Part shown: positions 48,361 through 58,631 of the stretch, in pieces | How positions within the stretch are numbered: position 1 is the first letter of the stretch | Layout of the letters: each line of letters begins with the position of its first letter | NCBI GenBank assembly: GCA_965215605.1 | Contig: OZ244070.1 | Span: 3,232,001 to 3,296,000, forward strand | Source of the DNA: an uncultured Candidatus Binatia bacterium | Lineage (GTDB): Bacteria; Desulfobacterota; Binatia; UBA9968; JAJDTQ01 | Direction of reading: 5' to 3' | Length of the DNA stretch: 64,000 nucleotides | Notes under the pieces: model-generated | The model's input: the letters and a program-made list of their open reading frames with translations, nothing else | The model's database searches: none | What the model was told of the DNA's origin: nothing | Position numbers and translations under genes: made by a program

Positions 48361-49224
48361 TCACCGCCAGGTGATGAGCAGGATCCCGGTGACGATCAGC
48401 ACCGCCCCGGCCGCCACCCGGGCGTTGACGGTCTCCAGGTCCCGCAGGAACAGCGCGCTGAAGAGCACGATGAAGAGCGGGTTGGTGTTGATCAGCGGCA
48501 CCACCACCGACACATCCCCCTCGCTCAGGGCGATGTAGCCCAGCAGTTGAGCAGTGGCCGACACGACGGCCGCGGCGCCGTAGAACGGGAGGCACTTCCG
48601 GTCCCCCTGGAAGGTGGCGCGCAACTGGCCCGTGGCCACCAGGCTGAGCGAGAAGACGATCAGGGAGGTGGTGATGGTGATGGCGGTGGCGACGAACGGG
48701 TTGGGCATGATCAGCAGCCCGGTCTTGCGGAAGTTCTGGGAGATGGCCGTAAGGAAGGCCGCGCCCAGCGGGTACGTCAGGTGAATCGCCTTCCACTCGC
48801 TCTCGCCCTCCCGCCGGCTCGAGGTGAACCAGACCCCGACGACGCTCAGGAACGATCCCAGATAGACCCCCGCGTCGGGCCGTTCTCCCAGGAACGTGAA
48901 CGCCAGGGCGATGGCGAAGAGCGGCGTGACGCTGCGCACCGGGCCGGCGCGGGAGGCGCCCAGGCGGACGATGCCCGTGTAGTGGAGAAAACGGACGATG
49001 GCGGGTTGGATCAGGCCGCTGATGATGAAATACCAGGTTCCCCTGGTGTACAGCAGGCTCATGGGAAAGAAGAGCCAGATGGCGCCCCACAGCGCCACCG
49101 TGCTCAGCACGAACCCCATGAGCGCGGCCAGCGCCACGCTGGCGTAGCGCGAGCCCCGGCGCACCAGGATCGCCTCGGAGCCCCATGCCACCGCGGCTGT
49201 CAGGGCAAGGGACTCGGGGCCCAT
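48361..49224 (-). CDS. DMT/EamA family transporter
   Basis: ~10 TM segments with internal duplication; PLF...FLGE and PLF...FLRD. Confidence 0.9.
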   Translation of the reverse strand: MGPESLALTAAVAWGSEAILVRRGSRYASVALAALMGFVLSTVALWGAIWLFFPMSLLYTRGTWYFIISGLIQPAIVRFLHYTGIVRLGASRAGPVRSVTPLFAIALAFTFLGERPDAGVYLGSFLSVVGVWFTSSRREGESEWKAIHLTYPLGAAFLTAISQNFRKTGLLIMPNPFVATAITITTSLIVFSLSLVATGQLRATFQGDRKCLPFYGAAAVVSATAQLLGYIALSEGDVSVVVPLINTNPLFIVLFSALFLRDLETVNARVAAGAVLIVTGILLITWR

Positions 49225-49249
49225 GACGACCTGTTGTGAGGGGTGAGGC

Positions 49250-50098
49250 TCACTCCAGCACGAGCGGCGTGTCGTCGCGGTTGGCCCATTCGCCCATGGA
49301 ACCGTCGTAGTTGCGCGCCCGCTCGTAGCCCAGCAGTGTCAGGACGAAGACTCCGTGCGCCGCACGGATGCCGCCCTGTCAATAGGTGACCACTTCCTTG
49401 TCCGGCGGAACCCCCGCCTGTTCCAGCAGGCCGCGCAGTTCCCCGGCCTCCTTCAGGGTCTTGTAGGAGTTGTCCTGCAGGAAGTTGAGCCACTCCAGGT
49501 GCACCGCGCCCGGTATGCGGCCCGCGCGCTTGTTGCCGCGGTCGTTGGCGCCCGTCCACTCGCCGTCGGACCGCACGTCCAGGTACACCACGTCCGGATT
49601 GCCGACGTTGGCCGTCCCGTAGTCCAGGGTGCACACGAGGTCCGGGTTGGCCTTGGGGTTGAAGACCGCGCCCTGGGGCTTCGGCACGTCCAGAGTCATG
49701 GGCCGTCCCTCGTCGAACCACTTCTTCCAGCCGCCGTTGAGCACGGTGACATCGTCATGGCCGTAGTAGTTCAGCACCCACCACAGGCGCGCGGCCCACA
49801 GGGAACCGTTGCTGTCGTAGGCCACCACCCGCGTGCCTTCGCCGATGCCCAGGCTCTCCATCACTTCCTTGGCCGTGTCCGGAGGCGCCACCAGGGGATA
49901 CTTCCGGTTGTCCGTGTCGTAGCCCGGCTGCTTGATGTAGTGATGCACGCGAATTCCCGCGGCGCCCTTGATGTGGGCCCGACGGTAGACGTCGAAGGGG
50001 TCGCAGTCCACGATGCGGATGTCCGGGTCATCCAGGTGCTGCTCCAGCCAGTCCGTCTCCACCAGCAGCTCCGGCCGGGCGTAGCCTTCCTCTGTCAT
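49250..50098 (-). CDS. Two-domain rhodanese sulfurtransferase with in-frame TGA (selenocysteine) at the catalytic position
   Basis: HIKGA, AARLWWVL, LNGG, GRIPGA; VVTY-TGA-QGGIRAA...NYDGSMGEW continues in frame to a stop at 49250; hairpin at 49352-49368. Confidence 0.88.
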
Positions 50099-50435
50099 GG
50101 GGGTACCTCCTAGTGTCCCGTCCGGTCAATTCGCACCATAATCTGCTTGTCTTTTTCGCCGTCGGCTGCGTTGCTCTTCCTCGCGTGGTGCCCGCCACTG
50201 CTCGTCATCGCGCCTTGCCGACGACGAAAAATCCCGCGCATCTTATGATGCCAATTAACCAGACAGGACACTAGTCCGGCGCCCGGCGCTCCCGTGGTGG
50301 GAGGGCCGCAAGCGGAGCCGGGCCGACGTGTCGAATCTCTACCAGATGAAACCACGGCGCGCGAGAGCCGCCGGGTTGAATTGCCGCCGCCTCTTGGGCG
50401 AGAATGGCACCCACCCATCAATCGGAGGAAACGAC

Positions 50436-51506
50436 ATGGCCATGTTCATCGACGCCGACGCCCACGTGATCGAGACGGAGCAGACCTGGGAGTTCATGGA
50501 GGAAGAGGACAAGCGCTTCGCGCCCGACCTCCTGGTCTCCCAGCACAGCGGCCTACGCTACTGGCGCATCGACGAGCGGGTGGTGCCCAACACCAACATC
50601 GGCCTCAACACCACCGCCGAGTCCCGGGAACTCGCAGACGTATCGGCGCGCATCGCCCACATGGACGAGCTGTCGGTGGACGTCCAGGTGATCTATCCCA
50701 CGCTGTTCCTGCGGCCCCTGACCGCCCGGGCCGACGTGGAGCGGGCGCTCTGCCGGGGCTACAACCGCTGGCTCGCGGAGATCTGGAAGCAGGGAGGCGG
50801 ACGCATCCGCTGGGTGGTGCTGGCGCCGGTGCGGTCCCTGGACCGCTGCATCGAGGAGATCCGCTTCGGCAAGGCCAACGGTGCCTGCGGGGTCTTCATG
50901 CACGGCTTCGAGGGGGATCGGCTGCTCTCGGACGACACCTTCTTCCCCATTTACCAGGAGTCCAGCGACCTCGACATGCCGGTGTGCATCCACGCCGGCG
51001 GCGGCAACCTGGACCATTACGACCTGTTCGCCCAGGACGTGTTCTCGCGCTTCAAGCTGCCGGCGGTGGGCGCGTTCAACAACCTCATCTACAAGGGCGT
51101 CCCGGACCGGTTCCCGAAGCTCCGCTGGTGCTTCGTGGAGACCACCTCCCAGTGGGTCCCCTACGCGCTGAACGACTTGCAGATCCGCACCACCGCCGAG
51201 CTGGCCTTCCGGCGGAAACACGCCGACAGCCCGTTTGCCGCGGTCCGCGGCGCGCCTCGTGAGCTGGAGGAGGGCAACCTGTTGAGGGACAACCGCATCT
51301 ACGTGGCCTGCCAGACCACCGACGACCTGCCGTACGTCATCGAGCACGCCGGCGAAGACAACATCATCGTCGGCACCGACTACGGCCACGCGGACTACTC
51401 CAACGACATGGAGGCGATTGCCAAGTTGGCGAAGGAGGGCGTGCTCGCCGAAGGGGTGGGGGACAAGATCCTGAGCGACAACCCCAGACGGCTCTATGCT
51501 CTCTAG
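50436..51506 (+). CDS. Amidohydrolase family protein (Amidohydro_2)
   Basis: GGAGG RBS; IDADAHVIE, CIH, FPKLR, GTDYGHAD. Confidence 0.92.
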   Translation: MAMFIDADAHVIETEQTWEFMEEEDKRFAPDLLVSQHSGLRYWRIDERVVPNTNIGLNTTAESRELADVSARIAHMDELSVDVQVIYPTLFLRPLTARADVERALCRGYNRWLAEIWKQGGGRIRWVVLAPVRSLDRCIEEIRFGKANGACGVFMHGFEGDRLLSDDTFFPIYQESSDLDMPVCIHAGGGNLDHYDLFAQDVFSRFKLPAVGAFNNLIYKGVPDRFPKLRWCFVETTSQWVPYALNDLQIRTTAELAFRRKHADSPFAAVRGAPRELEEGNLLRDNRIYVACQTTDDLPYVIEHAGEDNIIVGTDYGHADYSNDMEAIAKLAKEGVLAEGVGDKILSDNPRRLYAL

Positions 51507-51558
51507 GAGGCTGCGCTGCGGTGGACTCCCGTACGCAACCGCATAGTACGAGGCCCCA

Positions 51559-52569
51559 ATGGCGAAACGTTCCTTCGGCGTCGAGATCCACCCCTACTAC
51601 GACGTCCCCGCCCTGATGCAGGAGGTCGCGCTGGCGGAAGAGCTGGGCTACGACCAGGTCTGGTTCGGCGATTCCCAACTCATCTGGCGGGAGATGTACG
51701 TGCTCCTGGGCGCCGCCGCCCAAGCCACCTCCAGCATCCTTCTTGGAACCGGCGTCACGAACCCGGTCACGCGGGTGTCCGCGGTCACGGCCAGCGCGGC
51801 GGCGACGCTGCAGGAGCTTTCCGGCGGCCGGCTGACACTGGGCATCGGCAACGGTTTCACCTCGGTCAACACCATGGGCAGGAAGCCCGCCACCCTGGCC
51901 CGGCTGGAGCGCACCGTCGACGAGATCCGCGCGCTGTGCCGCGGCGACCGCGTGCCGGCGGGTTCCGAGGAAATGAGGCTGATGTTCGGCGCGCCGGAGA
52001 AATGCCCGCCCATCGCGGTGGCGGCCAGCGGACCCAGGATGCTGCGGCTGGCGGGCCGCATCGGCGACGGAGTGATCATGGCCCGGGTTGCCATGGAAGG
52101 GGACATGCTGGCGCGGATGCTGGAATGCATTCACGACGGCCGGCGTGAAGGCGGCCGCGGCGAGATGCCGTTCCAGACCTTTCTCTCGGTATCCGCCGCC
52201 GTGGCGGAGGACGGCTCCAAGGCCGTGGCCGCGGTGCGTCCGCACGTGGCCCAGAGCATTCTCAAACCGTTCTGGGGGTTGAGCGCCGGGGCCGCCGCGG
52301 CGGCAGAGACGATGACCGGCCGCTACGACAACTACCAGCACCTCAACCCCAACGCCGCCCACGCCGACTCCGTCCCCGACGAAGTCGTGCCCGAGTTCGC
52401 GCTGGCCGGTACCCCGGCCCGGTGCATCGACACGGCCCGGCGCATGTTCGACAGCGGCATCGACCAGATCACCATCCGTCCCTACGCAGTGGACGGCCTG
52501 CCCCGGGCCAGCATGATCCGCACCTTCGCCGAGCAGGTCATGCAGCCGATGCTGCGCGATGACCGATGA
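51559..52569 (+). CDS. LLM-class flavin/F420-dependent oxidoreductase
   Basis: AEELGYD.VW.GDS, LGTGVTNP.TR, SGGRLTLGIG, AASGPRML.LAG.IGDG. Confidence 0.92.
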   Translation: MAKRSFGVEIHPYYDVPALMQEVALAEELGYDQVWFGDSQLIWREMYVLLGAAAQATSSILLGTGVTNPVTRVSAVTASAAATLQELSGGRLTLGIGNGFTSVNTMGRKPATLARLERTVDEIRALCRGDRVPAGSEEMRLMFGAPEKCPPIAVAASGPRMLRLAGRIGDGVIMARVAMEGDMLARMLECIHDGRREGGRGEMPFQTFLSVSAAVAEDGSKAVAAVRPHVAQSILKPFWGLSAGAAAAAETMTGRYDNYQHLNPNAAHADSVPDEVVPEFALAGTPARCIDTARRMFDSGIDQITIRPYAVDGLPRASMIRTFAEQVMQPMLRDDR

Positions 52570-52609
52570 ACCTCGTTTTTCTCGGTGCCGCGCATCCGCG
52601 ACTCGATGA

Positions 52610-53287
52610 CTATGACTCGGACGTCGACCAGATAACCGACCAGTGAGCGGGTATGTGGTCGTTGCCAACGTCCACACCATACCAATCCAGAATCAGGTTG
52701 TGCCACTCCGGTTTTGCCAGCGCCAAGCCATACACGGTTGTGTTCGGATTGCGTTCCAAGATCGCAGTGGCGGCCAGGGACAGAGTCTTTCCGGTTGCGA
52801 TGAAGTCATCTACGATGAAGATCGTCTCGGCGTCCGTAAAGGCGGAGCGGTAGTCTGCATCCTCCACCAGCAAACTACGAAACTCAGGATACAATCCCCC
52901 TCTCCCTGTTGGCAGGTGGGCTTCTTTCTGTAACAGCGCCGGTTGAGACCGACAGGCCCCAGCGCAGCGACGCGCACGCACCGCCAGCACGCCATCCGGA
53001 TCCGCGATAGTCTCGGCAGAGCGAAGAGCTGGAGCAAAAACCGTCCGGCTGGGCTCCAGTCCAAGACCACGAACAAGGATACGCGCAGCGTGAGCCATGA
53101 GCCTTGCCGCGCCTTCAGTCGCCGCTTCGTCGGGATCGAATTTGGACTTTGTGAACCGGGCGCTCCAAGTATCCTCAGGTCGGTCTTCGAACCGGTATCC
53201 CACCGTGAAAGCGGCCGCCACGCCGTCGTTGAACGTCAGCGTGTCGTACCGGAGCAGGTTGTGGAAGAGACGAGGGAGGACGGACAT
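52610..53287 (-). CDS. Phosphoribosyltransferase-fold (ComF-like) protein
   Basis: PRPP-binding motif IFIVDDFIATGKTL; start uncertain (53287 or 53353). Confidence 0.65.
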   Translation of the reverse strand: MSVLPRLFHNLLRYDTLTFNDGVAAAFTVGYRFEDRPEDTWSARFTKSKFDPDEAATEGAARLMAHAARILVRGLGLEPSRTVFAPALRSAETIADPDGVLAVRARRCAGACRSQPALLQKEAHLPTGRGGLYPEFRSLLVEDADYRSAFTDAETIFIVDDFIATGKTLSLAATAILERNPNTTVYGLALAKPEWHNLILDWYGVDVGNDHIPAHWSVIWSTSES

Positions 53288-53484
53288 GCCAACTCCGTCA
53301 CCGGGGTTCTTTGGGCCTGGTAACAGAAAGGGTGTGAAAGGGGCGAATTTCACTGATCAAATGGTGAATCCGTACGGGTGCGCTCGGAGAGCGGCGAAGC
53401 GCTTGACCCGCATACCCCATGAAGGGGCATAATGGTTGCGCAGAATGGCGTCATGAAAGAATGAAGGGTTGGCAGGAGGGGACC

Positions 53485-54225
53485 ATGTCGAAGATCATCA
53501 CTCGCGCACTGACACAGGAGCAGGACGGGGTGCCCGGCTTCATCGCGTCGCCGGAACGGTCGGCGCCGGGCCCGGCGCTCCTTATCGTCCATCACCACTA
53601 CGGTGTCACGGGCCACATAAAGCACATGGCCTGCGAGTTCGCCGAGGCCGGGTACACGGCCATGGTGCCCGCCCTCTACGACATGCTGGGCTTCTCCGAC
53701 TTCCACGACGTCCAGAAGAAGACCCCGGACGGTCGCTTCGTGGAGGTCATCGGCCAGGGCTGGCAATATCTCTGCGGGCGCGACGACGTGGACGAGAAGC
53801 GGGTGGCGGTCATGGGCCTGTGCATGGGCGGCCGCATCGGCATCCATTTCGTGGCAGCGACGCCACGGGTTGCGGGGTTCCTGGGCTACTATCCCTCGGT
53901 GCGGGACGAAGGGCCGAGCGAGCTCAGGCCGCGGCATCCCAACGAGGCCGCCCGGGAAATCCATTGTCCGTCGCTGATCCTGTTCGGAGGCCATGACCGG
54001 GTCGCGCCGGTGCAGGTGCAGGAGAGACTTCGGGCGGCGTTCCTGGAAGGCACCCCCGACGTCGAGTGGCATTTCTTCCCGCCCGCCGGCCACGGCTTCG
54101 CTCTGGCCGACGGCGACTCTTACGACCCCGCGCTGGCCAGGCTCGCCTGGCCGCTGTCCATCAACTTCCTGGACCGCGCGCTGGGGAAGGAACCCGTCGC
54201 CACGACGATGCGTTCTGTCGCCTGA
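53485..54225 (+). CDS. Dienelactone hydrolase family protein
   Basis: AGGAGG RBS; GLCMGG nucleophile, FGGHD, AGHGF. Confidence 0.92.
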   Translation: MSKIITRALTQEQDGVPGFIASPERSAPGPALLIVHHHYGVTGHIKHMACEFAEAGYTAMVPALYDMLGFSDFHDVQKKTPDGRFVEVIGQGWQYLCGRDDVDEKRVAVMGLCMGGRIGIHFVAATPRVAGFLGYYPSVRDEGPSELRPRHPNEAAREIHCPSLILFGGHDRVAPVQVQERLRAAFLEGTPDVEWHFFPPAGHGFALADGDSYDPALARLAWPLSINFLDRALGKEPVATTMRSVA

Positions 54226-54316
54226 GTCGGGGAGCGACCAAGCGCCACGGTCGCCGCCGGAAGCCCTGCCGTTGCCGAGGCGCTCGCCGGAAACCCGCGC
54301 GGGGCAGTGTCGGGTG

Positions 54317-55219
54317 TCACTCTGCCAGCGTCCGGGCCACACGGAATCCGAACGTGAGGGCGTCCCTATGGGTACTGATACCGAAGCGGTTGGCGATACG
54401 CAGTGTCCAGGCCGTGCTTCCCCACGAGCCGCCTCGCAGCACACGCCAATCACAGTTCCCCGTAGCCGCAGCGCTACCGTCTGACGGCGCGCCGCGATAG
54501 TCCGGGCGCCAGCAGTCCTCCACCCATTCCCAGGCGTTCCCGTGAACGTCATGAAGCCCCCACGGGTTGGGCTCCTTGCTGGCGACAGGCTGCGCCCGGT
54601 TGCCGCTGTTTGCCGCATACCAGGCCACCTTGTCCAGACACGAAGGATTGTCGCCGCAGAACCAGCGCGTGGTAGTCCCTGCGCGGGCCGCGTATTCCCA
54701 TTCCGCCTCGCTCAGGAGCCGGTAGTGTTGCCCGGTCAGACGGCTGAGCCACCGGACATACGACTTGGCCTGTTTCCAGTCCACGTTCATGAGGGGGGCG
54801 CGGTGCAGGGCCAGGTCTTCCTTTCTCAGCCGATAGTTGCGGACCGATTCCCTGTGAGGAAGCGAGCTACAGCCGCCGGCCTCGACGCATGCCTTCCACT
54901 GCGTGAAGGTCACTTCCAACCGGCCCACCGCAAAGGGTCGCGCAATGCGCACCCGGCGTCGAGGGCCGAGCCGCTTGGTCTTTCCGTCGGCTTCTCCCAT
55001 GATGAACGCGCCCGCTGGCACGATCACCATTTGGGGACACGGAGGACAGTCGACGAAGACCGAGCCGGGCGCCATCACGCCCGGCTGAACCGCGGCGGCG
55101 GCTGCGGCAACGCCCCGGAACGGCAGCGAGGCGTCGCTGGCCACAGCGACGTTGCCTACGCCCAGGCACAAGAGGGCGGCGAAGAGAACAGTCTTGGAAC
55201 GACAAAAAAGGTTAGGCAT
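54317..55219 (-). CDS. Formylglycine-generating-enzyme (FGE/SUMF1)-like domain protein, exported
   Basis: CPQMV.VPAG.F.MG, EVT..QW, YRLLSEAEWEYAARAG, NPWGLHDVHGNAWEW, RVLRGGSW, GFRVAR. Confidence 0.92.
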   Translation of the reverse strand: MPNLFCRSKTVLFAALLCLGVGNVAVASDASLPFRGVAAAAAAVQPGVMAPGSVFVDCPPCPQMVIVPAGAFIMGEADGKTKRLGPRRRVRIARPFAVGRLEVTFTQWKACVEAGGCSSLPHRESVRNYRLRKEDLALHRAPLMNVDWKQAKSYVRWLSRLTGQHYRLLSEAEWEYAARAGTTTRWFCGDNPSCLDKVAWYAANSGNRAQPVASKEPNPWGLHDVHGNAWEWVEDCWRPDYRGAPSDGSAAATGNCDWRVLRGGSWGSTAWTLRIANRFGISTHRDALTFGFRVARTLAE

Positions 55220-55343
55220 TGGCCCCTCCTGGTCCGGAACGATGGCAAGGAAATCGGTCGTGCCGCGAACCCGAAAACGGCTTGCCGCCAACGGCTGTCA
55301 AGCGTCTATACCGGCGGTCTGCTGTTCGACATGTGCGAACGTT

Positions 55344-55871
55344 CTAGCCAGATATGTAAAGCATCCTGAAGTCTCCATTCGCCCAGTAGAAGATCACCCC
55401 AGCCTTGTGGATGAGCATGATGGCGTCGTGTTCCAACTCGACTTCTGCCAGATCGTCCTCATTGCAACCCGACGCATATCCCTTGGCGCAGGCGGAAAGG
55501 TAGATGTCGGGCGGAATCGCATACAGGAACCTTTCAGTCACATAAGGGACTTTATACAGCTTGAACGCCTCCTTGCCGTCGTTCAGGCAAGCTACCAGAT
55601 GGTATTCTCCGGCGCGTTTGCTGAAGAAGGCTTCGTCCCTGCGGCCGTCGCCGTCGAAATCGCCGGCCGCGTATATGGACTCGTTCGAGAACAACCAATG
55701 TGCCTTGCGATCGTGCGGGGTGTCGCGCACCCGGCCGGCGGCGTACTCGGCACAACTCTCCGCCAACAGGGTGGACGGCGCCAGAACCCCCAGCACAAGG
55801 AAGAACAGGAGAATCACTCCAGTCCATGCGTTGGTCACGACTGGGAACGTGCGTACTTTCGGTGACATCAT
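55344..55871 (-). CDS. Exported hypothetical protein with DxDGDGxxD motif
   Basis: Hydrophobic N-terminus; GDFDGDGRRDEA (FG-GAP-like Ca loop); lower GC; start uncertain. Confidence 0.6.
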   Translation of the reverse strand: MMSPKVRTFPVVTNAWTGVILLFFLVLGVLAPSTLLAESCAEYAAGRVRDTPHDRKAHWLFSNESIYAAGDFDGDGRRDEAFFSKRAGEYHLVACLNDGKEAFKLYKVPYVTERFLYAIPPDIYLSACAKGYASGCNEDDLAEVELEHDAIMLIHKAGVIFYWANGDFRMLYISG

Positions 55872-56013
55872 ATTCGATATGAAAGTGATCGTGGGCTTCC
55901 TTGGTTCCATGGTAGTCCTCGAAATCCGGACGGCGGGCGGGCCGATGAGCCCCCACACGGCCAGGTTTCAATCCCGCTGGCGTTCGGTGGGAACCTCGGC
56001 TCGAAGGAGCCGC

Positions 56014-57459
56014 TCAGCCGTCCACCGGCGGCTTGCGCCGGTACCACCCGGCCGCCTGCTCGTAGGCGTGGGCCGAGCGCAGCACCCGTTCCTCCCGGAA
56101 ACGCGGTCCCACGAGTTGGAGCCCGATGGGCAAGCCGCCGGCGGAGAAGCCGCAGTTGACGCTCAGGGCCGGCAATCCGGTGAGGTTGAAGGGCGTGGTG
56201 AAGAGCGAGCGGAAGTTCACGCCCGGGCTTTCCAGCCGGATCTCCTCTCCGTCCACTTCCATGACCGCCCGCTCCGATTCCCCGATGGTGGGCGCGGGCA
56301 CCGCCGCCGTGGGCGCGGCGATGATGTCCACCTGCGCGAATACCTCGTCGAACTCCCGGCACAGCCGGCGCCGGATGCGCTGGGCCGTCACGTAGGCGTC
56401 GGCCGGGATCAGCATGGCGCCGATGTTCTGGCGCAGCAGGCGCGGGCTGTAGTCCCGCGGCCTGGCCGTCAGGTAGGGCAGGTTTTCCACCACGTTCTCC
56501 GGCCGCGTGATGCACGGCCAGACAAGCCTCGTCGTGTCCAGGTGCGGCACCTCAACCTCCACCAGCGTGGCGCCGAGGGACTCAAGCCGGCCCTGCGCCT
56601 CCACGAATGCCTCCCGCACCGCCTTTGTCATGTAGCGGTCGAAGTAGTCCTTGACGATCCCCACCCGCAGACCTTCGACGCCCCCATCCAGGCCGTCCTC
56701 GTAATCCGGCACCGGCTCGGCGGCACTGTTGGGGTCCTTCGGGTCCTGGCCTGCAATTGCCTGCAGGATCAGCGCGCAGTCCCGCACCGTCTTGCTGAAC
56801 ACCCCTACGTGGTTGGTGCTGAAGCCGCCGTCGCCGGGCACATGCCCGAAGCGGCTGACGCGCCCGTAGGTGGGCTTGAGCCCCACGATGCCGCACAGGG
56901 AGGCGGGGTTTCGCACCGAGCCGCCGTTGTCCGTGCCCAGGGAGCCCAGTCCCAGGCTCGTGGTCACTCCCGCTGCGGATCCGCCGCTGGAACCACCGGC
57001 GATCCTCTCCGTGTCCCAGGGATTTCGGGTGGTGCCGTAGAACGGGTTGATGGTGGTGCCGCCGTTGGCCCACTCGTGCATGTTGGTCTTTCCCAGGATC
57101 ACCGCGCCGGCTTCCCTCAGCCGCGCAACCACCGTGGCGTCGTAGTCCGGGACGCAGTCCTCCAGCACCTTGGACCCCGCCGTCGTGCGGATTCCCTTGG
57201 TGGCGATGTTGTCCTTGATGGACAGCGGAATACCGTGCAGCGGTCCGCGATAACCTCCGTCGCGTATCTCCGCCTCCGCCGCCCGAGCGTCCGCCAGCGC
57301 CTCCTCCCGCGCCACCGTCACGTACGCCACCAGCCCCGGGTTCAGGCGGTCGATACGTGCCAGCATGAGCTCGGTCAACTCCACCGGGGATAGTTCCTTG
57401 CCCTTGATCCGTGCCGCCGCATCCGCCAACGTGAGCCCGCTCAGGTCGTGGTCCGTCAT
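56014..57459 (-). CDS. Amidase signature family protein
   Basis: GPLHGIPLSIKD, GKTNMHE, GGSSGGS, GTDNGGSVRNPAS, GLKPTYGRVS. Confidence 0.95.
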   Translation of the reverse strand: MTDHDLSGLTLADAAARIKGKELSPVELTELMLARIDRLNPGLVAYVTVAREEALADARAAEAEIRDGGYRGPLHGIPLSIKDNIATKGIRTTAGSKVLEDCVPDYDATVVARLREAGAVILGKTNMHEWANGGTTINPFYGTTRNPWDTERIAGGSSGGSAAGVTTSLGLGSLGTDNGGSVRNPASLCGIVGLKPTYGRVSRFGHVPGDGGFSTNHVGVFSKTVRDCALILQAIAGQDPKDPNSAAEPVPDYEDGLDGGVEGLRVGIVKDYFDRYMTKAVREAFVEAQGRLESLGATLVEVEVPHLDTTRLVWPCITRPENVVENLPYLTARPRDYSPRLLRQNIGAMLIPADAYVTAQRIRRRLCREFDEVFAQVDIIAAPTAAVPAPTIGESERAVMEVDGEEIRLESPGVNFRSLFTTPFNLTGLPALSVNCGFSAGGLPIGLQLVGPRFREERVLRSAHAYEQAAGWYRRKPPVDG

Positions 57460-57697
57460 CAAGCTTCCTCCTCGGAGAGATTGCAGTCGCCGAAGTCCGG
57501 CTCGGAGTACGGGCAGCCTATGCGCACAGAGGTTGGGGATCAAGGGCGGCGCGCGTGTTTGTGACGCGAGGTTCGAGGGTGTAGTGATGATCGTCTCGTG
57601 ACCGCGGCTCCTTGATGCTGGGCCCCTTTCAGCCGATTACGAACGACACCGGTGGAGTATTCCGGAGTACCGGACCGAACAGAGAGGAAACACTCCT

Positions 57698-58618
57698 ATG
57701 CGCATCGCCGCCGTAGACCTTGTCAGCAACACCTGTTTCCCGGCCCTTGCTGCCCAGGAGCTGGGCTTCTACCGGGAAGAGGGCGCGGACGTGGAGATCG
57801 AGCTGGTGTCCCAGATCGGCGCGACGCGGGCGCTCCGCGAGGGCAACGCGGATGCCATGATCGCGGGGTCGGTGCACGACCTGTTGCGGGAGTTTCCGGG
57901 CTGGATCGGCGCCAAGTTGCTGGTGGCGTTGTCCCAGGGAACGCCGTGGCTCTTGACGGTGCGGGCGGACCTTTCGGTGCAGAGGGGAGACGTCGGCGCG
58001 CTCAAGGGCTTGCGCCTGACCGCGGCGGAGGGGCCGGACTTGGTATTCAAGACGCTCCTGGCTGCCGGGGGGCTGGATCCGGAGCGCGACGTGAACATCG
58101 TGCACCTGCCGGGCTCCGAGGCCCGGGACGTATCGTTCGGCGTCTACGCGGCGCGGGGACTGGAGTCGGGCCAGATCGACGGCTTCTGGTCCAACGCCAT
58201 GGGCAGTGCCACCGCGGTGTCGCTGGGGGTCGGCAAGGTCCACGTGGACGTGCGGCGGGGCGACGATCCCGCGGAAGTCCGCTACTGCACCTTCGCGGGC
58301 CTCGGCACCACGGATGACTTTATCGAGCGGGAGCCCGAGCAGGCGGCGGCCGCCATCCGGGCCATCGTGAAGGCGCAGAAGGCGCTGCGCGCGGATCCGT
58401 CCAGGGCCGCGAAGGTAGGGGCGGGGCTGTTTCCGAAGGATGCGGCCGAGTTGATTACCGGCATCGTGGAGCGGGACGTGCCGTTCTATGAACCGGCCAT
58501 CTCCGAGGTGGCGGTGGCGAAGCTGAACGCGTTCGCCCAGTCGGTGGGCCACCTGCCGGGGCCGGTGGCGTACGAGCAGGTGGCAGCGGTGCAGTTCCGC
58601 GAGTTGTGGGAGCGTTGA
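57698..58618 (+). CDS. NMT1/SsuA-like solute-binding-fold protein
   Basis: GFYREEGADVEI, LKG, GLDPERDVNIV, F..REPE...A.IRAIVKAQ; no signal peptide. Confidence 0.82.
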   Translation: MRIAAVDLVSNTCFPALAAQELGFYREEGADVEIELVSQIGATRALREGNADAMIAGSVHDLLREFPGWIGAKLLVALSQGTPWLLTVRADLSVQRGDVGALKGLRLTAAEGPDLVFKTLLAAGGLDPERDVNIVHLPGSEARDVSFGVYAARGLESGQIDGFWSNAMGSATAVSLGVGKVHVDVRRGDDPAEVRYCTFAGLGTTDDFIEREPEQAAAAIRAIVKAQKALRADPSRAAKVGAGLFPKDAAELITGIVERDVPFYEPAISEVAVAKLNAFAQSVGHLPGPVAYEQVAAVQFRELWER

Positions 58619-58631
58619 GCCGCTTCCGCCC

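Noticed and set aside
47290-49381. Alternative genetic code (UGA=Trp/Gly) as explanation for the in-frame TGAs
   Set aside because: Many genes here end properly at TGA and Trp is encoded by TGG; both in-frame TGAs fall at Cys positions with downstream hairpins.
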